From contig JANYFP010000072.1 of NCBI GenBank assembly GCA_025362555.1, positions 1-59,519 on the forward strand: a stretch of 59,519 bases of DNA, written 5' to 3'. Positions 9,559 through 18,592 of this stretch are shown in pieces. Source of the stretch: Verrucomicrobiota bacterium (lineage in GTDB: Bacteria; Verrucomicrobiota; Verrucomicrobiia; Opitutales; Opitutaceae). The position numbers and the translations under genes were made by a program. The notes under the pieces are model-generated. The model did not search any database. It was not told the origin of the DNA and worked only from the letters and a program-made list of their open reading frames with translations. How positions within the stretch are numbered: position 1 is the stretch's first letter; each line of letters begins with the position of its first letter.

Positions 9559-10671
9559 TCAGAATTTATAATTAAAGCTCCACATGATCAGGTAATTTGC
9601 GAACGCCGCGTCGCCCTGGGCGTATTTGCCGGTGGCCCAGGTCTTCACCTTGTCGGGATAGCTTTGCATGCGATTGCGCTGGATCGCGTATGGCACGTAG
9701 AGTCGTAGCGACCATTTCTTGCGGTCGATGCTGATGCCTGGCTCGACTGCCACCGAATAGCCGGGACGGCGGCTGCCCAAGCTACCGCCAATCAGATCGT
9801 ACACTGCCACGCCCTCGGCGCGGAGGCCGAGGCTAAGGGAGATGCCTGAAGCCCCACCGAAGGCATATTCCACGCCGGTGCGACCGACGTAGGAGTCACC
9901 AATCGAATTTCCGATGCGGTTTTTTTCCTGCGGTGTAACGGTGTAGTTGGCGCTGCCGAAGGCGGTGAAACCGGCGCCGAGCAGACGGTAGCCGTTAAGA
10001 CCGACACTGATGCCATAACCGCCCAAGCCCGGCTGGATCGAGTTATCGACGTATTTCTGCACCGCGAGAACCTTGTCGTTAACAGCGTCGTAGGATTCAA
10101 AGGTGTCCATCACGTCGAACTTGCCGGTGGGAAGCACCACGCCGAAGTTGACCTGAAGATTGCCTTTTTGCGAAGTCGTCGGATTAAAAATCCACGCATT
10201 GCCCGTGATGCTCGCGTCGGAGATACCGGTGGCTTGAGTGTGGTAACGCTCGAACACGGCACCATTTTTCTTCAGCGTTTGGGAGCGATCATGATTCACA
10301 TAAGGAACAACCAGCGAGACGCTGTAGCGCGGCGAGATGGTGTAGTTCAGACCGAAATCGATGAAGCTCGAACGGTTGATCACTTGATCGCCCGCCGCAT
10401 CGCGCTGGGGTTGGTAAGCAGTGCCGACATAGTGGCGGTCAGATTGAAACCAACGGTACGAGACGGAAGCGTCCCAGCGTTGGTCAGGATTGCCTTCGTT
10501 CATTGAGGCGGGCAGGCCGCTGCCGTGGGCGGTAACGCAACCTTGGGCGTGGGCTTGGGCTGCGGAAAAAATAAATGCGACCGTAAGCGTCAAGGCGCGA
10601 ACGTTCTGGGTGGCGAGTCGGAGGAGGGGGCTCATCTGACGGGTACGTGACGGTATTGCGTGGGTTTGCAT
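9559..10671 (-). CDS. Outer-membrane beta-barrel 'transporter' (COG4313/MetA-pathway-like), paralog 1
   Basis: Signal peptide AQAHA/QGCV, amphipathic beta strands, LPTG motif, C-terminal FNYKF beta-signal. Confidence 0.75.
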   Translation of the reverse strand: MQTHAIPSRTRQMSPLLRLATQNVRALTLTVAFIFSAAQAHAQGCVTAHGSGLPASMNEGNPDQRWDASVSYRWFQSDRHYVGTAYQPQRDAAGDQVINRSSFIDFGLNYTISPRYSVSLVVPYVNHDRSQTLKKNGAVFERYHTQATGISDASITGNAWIFNPTTSQKGNLQVNFGVVLPTGKFDVMDTFESYDAVNDKVLAVQKYVDNSIQPGLGGYGISVGLNGYRLLGAGFTAFGSANYTVTPQEKNRIGNSIGDSYVGRTGVEYAFGGASGISLSLGLRAEGVAVYDLIGGSLGSRRPGYSVAVEPGISIDRKKWSLRLYVPYAIQRNRMQSYPDKVKTWATGKYAQGDAAFANYLIMWSFNYKF

Positions 10672-10778
10672 GGTGGGGTGATAACGAACGATCTTTACTG
10701 CACGCCGGCTGCAAAAGTCAGTCGGCGGGTAATCGAGTGCGGAACCGTGATAAAATTTCACCAACAGGAAACACTTAA

Positions 10779-10811
10779 GGGACGAAGAGCGGTTCTGTTG
10801 GGGCGGTCTGC
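10779..10811 (-). promoter_or_regulatory. LytTR-type direct-repeat operator (21-bp period)
   Basis: Sense strand GCAGACCGCCCC-N9-GCTCTTCGTCCC, about 108 bp upstream of the paralog 1 start. Confidence 0.65.
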
Positions 10812-10903
10812 TGAGTGGCCTCCGGATTTTCCTTCGCGCACACCGCGATCGACTGGCCTCTCCGGCGGTTTGAGCTCGCGAAGGACGGGAGATTTGGGGG
10901 CAT

Positions 10904-10938
10904 AAAAAAAGACGGCGGCGAATTTCGCCACCGTCTTT
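10904..10938 (-). terminator. Terminator of outer-membrane barrel paralog 2
   Basis: Minus strand AAAGACGGTGGCGAA-A-TTCGCCGCCGTCTTTTTTT, nearly identical to the paralog 1 terminator. Confidence 0.85.
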
Positions 10939-11020
10939 GCTTTGTAGAATAACGCTGCCGAAGCCCCGCGGGAATCGATTTGGTCTTTCGTCAGTGCCGT
11001 TCTACGGATGAAAACTTAGC

Positions 11021-12157
11021 TCAGAGTTTATAGCTGAAACTCAGCATGATCAGATAATCGGCGAACGCTGCATCGCCTTGGCTGTAGACGCCGGTGGCCC
11101 AGGTCTTTTGCTTGTCTGGAACACTCTGGAGGCGATCACGCTGAATGGCATAGGGCACGTAGAGTCGCGCGGACCAATTTTTCCGGTTGATGCTGATGCC
11201 TGGTTCGATGGCGACCGAATATCCCGGCCGGCGGAAGCCATTGCTGCCTCCGATCAAATCGTACACCGCGACACCTTCGGCGCGCAGGCCGAGGCTTAGC
11301 AATATCCCCGAGGAGCCACCGAAAGCATATTCCACCCCGGTGCGACCCAGGTAGGTATCAGCAATCGACATGATCGTTTCATAGGTGCCGGAACGGAACG
11401 TGGGAACTCCGTTGGTCTCCTGCGGGGTGATCGTGTAGTTGGCTGCGGCGAAAGCAGTGAAGCCGGCGCCCAATTGACGGTAGCCGGAGACGCTCAGGAT
11501 GATCCCATAACCGCCGGTACCCGGCTGAATCGATTGGTCGACGGTTTTCTCGACCGCGAAAACCTGGCCGGAAGCCTTGTCGAATGATTGAAATGTGTCG
11601 CGTACGTCCTTTTTGCCGGTCGGGAGAGACAAGCCCAAACCGAGTTGGATGTTACCTTTGGACGACGTCGCCGGATCGAAGACCCACGCGTTGCCGACAA
11701 CGCTGATGTCGGCGAGGCCGGTTGCTTGGGTGTGATAGCGTTGGAAAACTACGCCGGCTACATTCTTCAGAGTTTGCGAACGATCATGGGAAACAAAGGG
11801 AACCGTGATCGAGACACTGTAACGGGGGGAGATGGTATAGTTCAGGCCGAGATCGGTGAAGCTCGAGCGGTTGATCACCTGATCTCCGGCCGCATCGCGT
11901 TGGGCTTGGTAAGCGACGCCAACATAATGGCGGTCGGATTGAAACCAGCGGTAGGAGACGGAGAGGTCCCAAGCGTGGGCCTGATCGCCCTGCTCGATCG
12001 CGCAATTCATACCGCTGCCGTGAGCGGCAACGCAGCCTTGGGCGTGCGCTTGGGCGGTGGAAAATAGTACCAAGGCACTCAGCGTGAGAGTGCGGACGTG
12101 CTGCTTGGCGAAAGCCAAGAGGGGACGAATGGAACGGGAAGTAACGGAGGTTTGCAT
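11021..12157 (-). CDS. Outer-membrane beta-barrel 'transporter', paralog 2
   Basis: Highly similar to 9559-10671 (shared VSYRWFQSDRHYVG, QRDAAGDQVINRSSF, RRPGYSVAxEPG); ends FSYKL. Confidence 0.78.
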   Translation of the reverse strand: MQTSVTSRSIRPLLAFAKQHVRTLTLSALVLFSTAQAHAQGCVAAHGSGMNCAIEQGDQAHAWDLSVSYRWFQSDRHYVGVAYQAQRDAAGDQVINRSSFTDLGLNYTISPRYSVSITVPFVSHDRSQTLKNVAGVVFQRYHTQATGLADISVVGNAWVFDPATSSKGNIQLGLGLSLPTGKKDVRDTFQSFDKASGQVFAVEKTVDQSIQPGTGGYGIILSVSGYRQLGAGFTAFAAANYTITPQETNGVPTFRSGTYETIMSIADTYLGRTGVEYAFGGSSGILLSLGLRAEGVAVYDLIGGSNGFRRPGYSVAIEPGISINRKNWSARLYVPYAIQRDRLQSVPDKQKTWATGVYSQGDAAFADYLIMLSFSYKL

Positions 12158-12280
12158 GTTGGTGGGTTAGTGTTCTGAGCCCAGAACACTTCGTCGTCAC
12201 CGGGGTCAGTTGGCGGCAACCAGTTCTAGGCTCATTAGCGAAAACGCTACGTAGAATAAGTTGGGGTCGAGAAGCGCTTA

Positions 12281-12313
12281 GGGGCGAGTTGCCTTCAGGG
12301 CGGGACGAGTTGC
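12281..12313 (-). promoter_or_regulatory. LytTR-type direct-repeat operator (21-bp period)
   Basis: Sense strand GCAACTCGTCCC-N9-GCAACTCGCCCC, about 124 bp upstream of paralog 2. Confidence 0.75.
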
Positions 12314-12395
12314 TTTGGGGGCACCTTTTGTGGGCGCGGTGGCGCACCTTGAATGCTCTAACGACGCACCGGCCCGTATAATATCACTGGCTATT

Positions 12396-12474
12396 CTATT
12401 GAAAGTTAGAATTAGGGAGGGGCCAACGACCCTCGGAGTGCGCAGGGCGATTGAGGGGGGCAATCGCCCCTACC
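12396..12474. repeat. REP/REPIN-like element, family E
   Basis: Minus strand GTAG-GGGCGATTG..CAATCGCCC palindrome. Left flank CTATTGAAAGTTAGAATTAGGGAGGGGCC is homologous to 47405-47434. Confidence 0.65.
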
Positions 12475-12583
12475 ACTCCAGTGTCCAGCAAAAGTCTAAA
12501 TCTTAAGAGCCGTTGGTATAACTCCAGGTCTTCGTGGCCGGTCGGGGACGAGTAAGGCGCGAGTGTCCGCAAAAAATTAAAGT

Positions 12584-12609
12584 CGGCAGGCACGGAGGCC
12601 TGCCGCTAC
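12584..12609 (-). repeat. REP element, family A
   Basis: Minus strand GTAG-CGGCAGGC-CTCCGT-GCCTGCCG, with related copies at 34538, 34725 and 43087. Confidence 0.8.
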
Positions 12610-12625
12610 TCGGAATCCACGCGAA

Positions 12626-15600
12626 TTACTTCCGGTCGGTCTTGTGCTCGAAGACCAACACCGGTCCGGCGCATTCGCTGACGATCACGGTGAGATGCCC
12701 GTCTTTCGTCTGACCGACTACAGCGACCGAGCGCGCTTCGCCAGGGACGACCAAGCCGCTGGCCGACGGACTCAGCGCCGTGAAGCCGCCCTTGCCATCC
12801 CCTTTGAGCAACACCCCTAAGCTGCCGTCAAACCGGCCCGTGGTCGCCTCGGGACCGAAATTATTGCCAACGCAAAAGAGGTCGAGTTTGCCGTCGCCAT
12901 CGAAGTCGCGCGCCGCAATCGAGTTGATCGGGGCCAACTGCGCAAGGCGGGGCAAGGGCTGAAATTCAAAGACTCCTTTGCCGCGATTAATGAATACTCC
13001 GCTGGCCAGTTCCGTCGCGGTGAATTTATTTACCTTCGCGAGATGATCGGCTCCGAAGACATCTTCCACCGTCGCCTGGCCGAAGGCTTTGTAGCTGGGG
13101 TATTTTTTCGGCAGCCATGGGAAAGCGTAAGCTAATTTGCTGCGTCCGCGCAGGGGGACGAGCTTGCCGTCTTCGTATTGGGCCTCGATCAACTGGTCTT
13201 TTCCGGTGCCGTCGAAATCGCCGGAGAACAGGACCGTTGGCTGTGTCGCCGATGCGTGATATTTGGTGTTGAGGCCGACATTGCCTGCGATGAGATCAGG
13301 TCGGCCGTCGCCATTGACGTCAGCCACCGTGAGGGCGCTCCACCACCCGGTGATCCCGGCGAGTCCGGCTTTTTCGGTGAGATTTTCGAAACCGTGGCCC
13401 GTGTTGTGCCAATAGGAAATGGGGCCCCATTCGATCGCGACGAGAAGATCAGGGCGCTTGTCGCCATCGACATCGGCCCAGACGGCCGCCGTCACCATGC
13501 CTACTTTGCGCAAGCCGGGGGCGAGTTCATCCGTTACATCGACCAATTTACCACCGACATTGTGGTAAAGGAAACTGCGTGGCGTCTCGGGATATTTGCC
13601 GGGCACCACGCGACCACCGACGAAGACGTCGCTCTTGCCGTCGCCATCGAAGTCAGCGACCGCGACCGCCGCAGTGCTTTCGCCGTCGGCCGGCAGCATG
13701 CCGTCGGGAGCGAGCGTGAATTTTCCGTGACCGTCGTTCAGGTAGAGTCGATCATTCATCAGGGGATCGCCTGCAGCTTTCTGGATGCCACCGGCGATGA
13801 TGAGCAAATCGGGGAATTTGTCGCCGTTGACATCGAGAAACACCGCTCCGACATCGTCGGATTCAATCGCAGCGGACCACGGTTGGTCGGGGGCAGATTT
13901 GAAACTGCCATCAGCTTGGGCGAGGAAGAGTTCGCCGGATTGACCGGCCGTCCCGGTGACGAAAACATCGTCCCGGCCATCGCCATTGACATCCGCCGTG
14001 GCGAGCACCGGGCCGAGGCCGTTGAGCCGGCGCGGGAGGAGGCGCTGCCGGGTGAATTCGTCGAAGGGCCGCAGCGCGTTGCTGTGTTTCAAGCCAAGAT
14101 TGTCAGCCGGTGCAGAGAAGAGCGCGGTGGGTGATGCGGGTGTTTTGAATACCGCAGCGCTTAGCACGGGCTTCGCGCCCTCCACGAGCGCGGGTTCGGT
14201 GATGGTGAGGAGTTGATCGGCGGGGATATTTTCCAGCACCTGTACCTGACCACGCGGCCATTTGATGGTGAGTTTTTTAATCGTGGGGTCAGCGCCGAGC
14301 CCGAAGTGGACGAGCGGGGGTTCGCTGGCGACGATGCCGCGTTCGGTGAAGAGTTGACGCACTTGCACGCCTGAGGCGGTTTCAATGCGCAGTTCGGCAC
14401 CGATGCCATCGAGATTCGGGGCGTGGCCGGATAATTTGATGTTAGTGCGGTGCCCTGTGGTGGTGTCGTTGCGGATGATGGTTGGCGGCGCGTTGTAATT
14501 GGCGAAAACCAGATCGAGGTCGCCGTCGCCATCGAGGTCGGCGAGAGCGCAGCCGAAGCTGACGCCATCATGATCGAGGCCCCATTCTTTCGAGACATCG
14601 GCAAAGTTGAGGTTGCCCAGATTGCGGTAGGCGAGGGTGGTCTCGTGGCGAGGTTGGGCATTTTTCCAGACGGCGGCGCGGGCGCCGAGTGTGGGCGCGG
14701 TGTTTTGTTTATCCACGAGATCGGCATCGATGAAATTGCGGATCATGCCGGCGGTGACAAAGGCATCGAGGCGGCCATCGTTATCGAGGTCACCGAGACG
14801 CGCTGACCAGGTCCAGCCAGTGGCATCCATGCCGGTGAGATGCGCGACTTCGGCGAAGTGATCCGTGCCGGTGTTCAAGTAAACCGCGTTCCACATGTAT
14901 TGCGGAATGAGTTCGTTCACGCGTTCCATTTCCCAGAGACCGCGGCCGATTTCTTCCATGCCGGCGATAAATTCCGGATGATTGCGATCGCGCATGTCGG
15001 TGATGAAAAAGTCCATCAGGCCGTCGTTGTTGATGTCGCCCGCGTCGGCACCCATGGAGAAATAGGTGACGTGCGGCAGGCGTTCGTCGATGACGTCGAC
15101 AAAGGTGCCGTCGCCCTTGTTGAGGTAAAGCCGGTCCGGGGTTTCGAAATCGTTGGCGCAATAAATGTCGGGCCAGCCGTCGTGGTTGATATCCACCCAC
15201 AGTGCGGTGTGGCCTTGGGTCAGGCCCCAGATGCCCGCCGCCTTGGAAACATCGGTGAACGTGCCGTTGCCATTATTGTGAAGAAGATAGGCGCGGCGGC
15301 CTTGGGGTGATTTGGAAAAATCGAGAATGTTGGTGACGAGGTAACAGTCGATGAAACCATCGCGATCATAGTCCGCCCAGACGGCGTGAACGGAGGCATC
15401 CTTGATATCGAGGCCGTAGGCTTTGGCGCTTTCCGTGAAGGTGCCGTCGCGGTTGTTGATGAAGAGCAGATTTGGGGCGTCGTAGCGGCAGAGGTAGATG
15501 TCGGGCCAGCCGTCCTGGTTGATATCGACCACGCTCGCGCCGGTGTTGCTCGTCGGTTCGTTATCGACGGCGACGCCGGCTGCATGGGCGACCTCGGTGA

Positions 15601-15934
15601 ATTTAAAGGGTGCAACCTGCAGATACAACGCGCAGGGGCCATTCCTTGACACGGAAAAAATATCGGGCCGTCCGTCACGGTTGAAGTCGGCGACCACGAT
15701 GCCCGTCTCAACCGCGCCGAGGGTGAGCTCACGGAAACGGTTACCCCACATGCGCGGGTCATTGAAAACATTCGGCACGGCCACGCCGGTGTCGGCCGGG
15801 TCGAGCATTGAAAAGAGTTTGGCTCCCGCCGGGGCGGCGGTCCGCGGATGGAGTGGGGTGGCGGTGTAGTCCGCTGCGAAGGCACCGGTCGTGGCGCCGA
15901 GGAGCGCGGCAAGGAGAAGCGTGGATTTGAACAT
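12626..15934 (-). CDS. Large secreted FG-GAP/VCBS-repeat protein with central ASPIC/UnbV domain (CRTAC1-like)
   Basis: Signal peptide, many DxN/DxDGxxD Ca-binding repeats in two blocks, and an ASPIC/UnbV segment (GIGAELRI..VHFGLG..IKWPRG) between them. Confidence 0.9.
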   Translation of the reverse strand: MFKSTLLLAALLGATTGAFAADYTATPLHPRTAAPAGAKLFSMLDPADTGVAVPNVFNDPRMWGNRFRELTLGAVETGIVVADFNRDGRPDIFSVSRNGPCALYLQVAPFKFTEVAHAAGVAVDNEPTSNTGASVVDINQDGWPDIYLCRYDAPNLLFINNRDGTFTESAKAYGLDIKDASVHAVWADYDRDGFIDCYLVTNILDFSKSPQGRRAYLLHNNGNGTFTDVSKAAGIWGLTQGHTALWVDINHDGWPDIYCANDFETPDRLYLNKGDGTFVDVIDERLPHVTYFSMGADAGDINNDGLMDFFITDMRDRNHPEFIAGMEEIGRGLWEMERVNELIPQYMWNAVYLNTGTDHFAEVAHLTGMDATGWTWSARLGDLDNDGRLDAFVTAGMIRNFIDADLVDKQNTAPTLGARAAVWKNAQPRHETTLAYRNLGNLNFADVSKEWGLDHDGVSFGCALADLDGDGDLDLVFANYNAPPTIIRNDTTTGHRTNIKLSGHAPNLDGIGAELRIETASGVQVRQLFTERGIVASEPPLVHFGLGADPTIKKLTIKWPRGQVQVLENIPADQLLTITEPALVEGAKPVLSAAVFKTPASPTALFSAPADNLGLKHSNALRPFDEFTRQRLLPRRLNGLGPVLATADVNGDGRDDVFVTGTAGQSGELFLAQADGSFKSAPDQPWSAAIESDDVGAVFLDVNGDKFPDLLIIAGGIQKAAGDPLMNDRLYLNDGHGKFTLAPDGMLPADGESTAAVAVADFDGDGKSDVFVGGRVVPGKYPETPRSFLYHNVGGKLVDVTDELAPGLRKVGMVTAAVWADVDGDKRPDLLVAIEWGPISYWHNTGHGFENLTEKAGLAGITGWWSALTVADVNGDGRPDLIAGNVGLNTKYHASATQPTVLFSGDFDGTGKDQLIEAQYEDGKLVPLRGRSKLAYAFPWLPKKYPSYKAFGQATVEDVFGADHLAKVNKFTATELASGVFINRGKGVFEFQPLPRLAQLAPINSIAARDFDGDGKLDLFCVGNNFGPEATTGRFDGSLGVLLKGDGKGGFTALSPSASGLVVPGEARSVAVVGQTKDGHLTVIVSECAGPVLVFEHKTDRK

Positions 15935-15946
15935 GGAAAAACGGGA

Positions 15947-16783
15947 TTAGGCGGCGAGAACTCTCTCTTGAATGACGACGGGGTGGGAGTGAGTGAGGAG
16001 AAGAGCCAGCGCCAGCGGGGCAAAGTAGCTGCCGAAGCGTTCGATCAATTCCCAGATGGGCGAGCCGGAAACAAGAAATAAGGATTCAGTGGAAATTTTC
16101 CAGAGACAGATCGCGAGCAACAGGGTCGGCCGGGGCCGGAAGAGCACAAGTCCGGCGAGCAGAAACTCGAAAACCCCGACCCAGGGTACGACTGCGGCCG
16201 GGTTTGTGAGATGCAGGGCCGCATAGTGGCGGGCGAGACCGGCCTTGTGCGCGAAAAGACCGAGACCGGCATGGCCGGCGAGCAACGTGAACGTGGTGAG
16301 CCGCAGGATCCACGTGAGCCGGGCTTGGTGGGAAAGAGTATTCCACAGCGAAGGCAGGCGGCTAAACCAAGGTCCGCTTACGCCGATCACCGTGAGAATG
16401 GCCACTGGCACCCCAAAATTACCCGCGCGCTCGAAGAATTCCCAAACCGGTTCACCGGAAAGAGGCCGCAGTAACGCAGTCCAAACAGTCCACACTGCGG
16501 CCCACATAAACAGCGCGCGACTGGGCCGCAACAGGGCAAGAATCCCGATCGTGATATCCATCCACCCGATCCAAGGCATCAGGCGCCAGGCCCACGCTTC
16601 GCCGACGCCGCCGACTGCGAAATACGGGACCCACGCCGCTTTGGTGATGACGCCAAAAGCACCATGGCCGATGAAACAGCCGGCCATTCCGATTCGCAGG
16701 ATCCACGGAATTGCGCCGGCGGTGGCAGCATCGGCCGATGCTAAGTTCCCGTCTGACGGCAGACTGGCATTGGAGTACATCAT
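15947..16783 (-). CDS. Integral membrane protein with two internal DoxX-like repeats
   Basis: Repeat 1 LRIGMAGCFIGHG..WEFFERAGNFGVP; repeat 2 LRLTTFTLLAGHA..WELIERFGSYFAP; about 8 hydrophobic segments. Confidence 0.7.
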   Translation of the reverse strand: MMYSNASLPSDGNLASADAATAGAIPWILRIGMAGCFIGHGAFGVITKAAWVPYFAVGGVGEAWAWRLMPWIGWMDITIGILALLRPSRALFMWAAVWTVWTALLRPLSGEPVWEFFERAGNFGVPVAILTVIGVSGPWFSRLPSLWNTLSHQARLTWILRLTTFTLLAGHAGLGLFAHKAGLARHYAALHLTNPAAVVPWVGVFEFLLAGLVLFRPRPTLLLAICLWKISTESLFLVSGSPIWELIERFGSYFAPLALALLLTHSHPVVIQERVLAA

Positions 16784-16882
16784 CGAAGCGTGAGGGAGGC
16801 CGAGGTCCTGCGTTGATTTAAATTTTCACTGACAGGAATCGGGCGCGATGAAAGCCAGCGAGCCCTCGGTACAGAAGGAAAA

Positions 16883-18157
16883 TCAGGGCTTTATTCCGTC
16901 CTTAACCGGCTGGAGCGAGTGTTCGAAAACCCAATCGGCTATCTTGATGCCGGCTTTCTGGCCTTCGAGGTTGGCGGACATGGTATGAATGCCGCCATAG
17001 ATGCGGCTCATGCCGATTTCGCGGCGTGCATCCGATAATTTCTTGAAGGTGCGGACCGCGCCAGGCAGTCCGTCGGAGGTGATCGTGAATTCGATGTCGT
17101 CGCTGCCAAACCAGAGCTCGAGCAACCGCGAGGCTGCACCGGAGAATGTACTGTGGCCCGAGGTGTAGTCCGGGTGCGCTGGCGACGTCATGTTGGGAAT
17201 GAAATCGGGGTTGATGATAATCAAGGGATTGCTCTTCCGATCGCTTTCCCGGATGGCGGTTTCGGGCCGCCATGTGCTGTAGAAAAATTTTGAATCCCAG
17301 CATGAGATACCTGCATCAGCGCAGGCGAAATTCAGCATAGCGAACAGGCGGGCGCACTCTGCGGTGCCGAGATTGTTACGCTTGGCTAGGTCCTGGGCGA
17401 TAACGCACCAGTGTCCGGCGGGAGTAGCCGTGCCAAGATCGTCGGCCCAGAACGGCGTGGACAGAGTCTGGTATTCTGTGCGGTCAGCGCCGTCGCGCGG
17501 CCCCACTTTGGTGACAAAGGCGATTTCTTCGGCGTATTCCTTGGAGTCGATGCGCTGTGGTGGTGGGGCGCGGAACTGACTGGGCGAGGTCATGACGAAC
17601 GGGGTGGTGGTGGCAACCTGTGGCACAACCGGCGGACGGAAGCCTGGAGCGGTTTCGCGCCATTTTCCCTGATCTTTGCTGCTGAAAGTGCCTTCAGCGG
17701 GCTTGTTCCAGCCGCTTTTTGCGCGTTCTGCGAGGACGAGTTCAGCGACGTGTTTGCCCCACGCGATGCCATTGGTTTTTTCCGGACCATCGGCAATGGC
17801 CGAGAGGGCTTTGTCATAGGCGAGCTGGAAGTTGCGGGGATTGGAGGATTGGCCCCAAAGCGCGTTGAGCACGGTGAATCCGGCTCTGGCGATGGCGGCG
17901 TCCAGATTGCTGTCGGCCGGCGCGCGTTCATTGATTAGCCAGCCCTGATGATCGTGCGTGATGCCGTTAACAGCATCGTAGATCGCGGCGTGGAAAGTCG
18001 CGATGTGCAACGATGCGATCGGCGGTGGATTGCGTGAAAGCCGGGTGGCGTCGAGCACTTGGTCGTTCCAAAAGAGAACGGCGTTTTCGCCGAAGGCGAA
18101 TGGGCTGCTGAGTGAAATGGCGGCGAGCGCCATCACGATGATGCGGGGGAGTTTCAT
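16883..18157 (-). CDS. Secreted vanadium-dependent haloperoxidase (PAP2 superfamily)
   Basis: Vanadate-binding motifs DSKFFYSTWRP, HPDYTSGHS and SRIYGGIH. Signal peptide from ATG 18157 and N-terminal NAVLFWN helix typical of bacterial VHPOs. Confidence 0.88.
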   Translation of the reverse strand: MKLPRIIVMALAAISLSSPFAFGENAVLFWNDQVLDATRLSRNPPPIASLHIATFHAAIYDAVNGITHDHQGWLINERAPADSNLDAAIARAGFTVLNALWGQSSNPRNFQLAYDKALSAIADGPEKTNGIAWGKHVAELVLAERAKSGWNKPAEGTFSSKDQGKWRETAPGFRPPVVPQVATTTPFVMTSPSQFRAPPPQRIDSKEYAEEIAFVTKVGPRDGADRTEYQTLSTPFWADDLGTATPAGHWCVIAQDLAKRNNLGTAECARLFAMLNFACADAGISCWDSKFFYSTWRPETAIRESDRKSNPLIIINPDFIPNMTSPAHPDYTSGHSTFSGAASRLLELWFGSDDIEFTITSDGLPGAVRTFKKLSDARREIGMSRIYGGIHTMSANLEGQKAGIKIADWVFEHSLQPVKDGIKP

Positions 18158-18254
18158 GCTTGAAGGGGTACGTTGCGGGGTTGGATCACCAGCGTGGAAG
18201 CGAAAATGAATCAGGGGGAAATTGCGCGAAAATTCCAAGGGGATAAATCCCGGA

Positions 18255-18287
18255 GGGGCGAGTTGCCGCCGCAGTGGGATGAAATGA
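18255..18287 (-). promoter_or_regulatory. LytTR-type direct-repeat operator (21-bp period)
   Basis: Sense strand TCATTTCATCCC-N9-GCAACTCGCCCC, about 98 bp upstream of the haloperoxidase. The proximal box with flanks (AGGGGCGAGTTGCC) is identical to 12280-12293. Confidence 0.65.
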
Positions 18288-18306
18288 AAGCGGTGGCGAC
18301 ACCCGC

Positions 18307-18346
18307 CAAAAACACAGCCCCGGGAGTGACTTCACTCATCCGGGGC
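18307..18346 (-). terminator. Rho-independent terminator
   Basis: Minus strand GCCCCGG-AT-GAGTGA-AG-TCACTC-CCGGGGC followed by TGTGTTTTT. Confidence 0.7.
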
Positions 18347-18411
18347 GTATACCCAGTGAACCCTAACGGAGGTGAAGGTATGATTCACTTGCCCGCGTAG
18401 TAAATTCAACT

Positions 18412-18444
18412 GTGGCCAGTAGCTAGCAGGGAGGGACGAATGGC
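18412..18444 (-). promoter_or_regulatory. LytTR-type direct-repeat operator with no adjacent protein gene
   Basis: Sense strand GCCATTCGTCCC-N9-GCTACTGGCCAC, followed 4 nt later by a TTGAAT (-35-like) hexamer. Confidence 0.5.
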
Positions 18445-18592
18445 TGGATTTCCCGCGATTTGGACACGAATTTCCATGCTCGCCCTAGAATTACTCTGTA
18501 ACGAATCGCTCTCCAATTCCGCCCACAGGGAGGCAAGAGGACGATCTTAGGTCCAGTTTGCGGAGGCCTGGGCTTGCACTGTTAACCGTGGA

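Noticed and set aside
12122-12133. Single GGGACGAATGGA box inside the barrel paralog 2 coding start
   Set aside because: No partner at 21 bp and it lies within a CDS, so probably chance.
18368-18400. Plus-strand GGAGGT + ATG mini-ORF MIHLPA
   Set aside because: Only six codons, antisense to all neighbouring genes, with no promoter or terminator support on that strand. The minus-strand sRNA reading explains the features better, though neither is proven.
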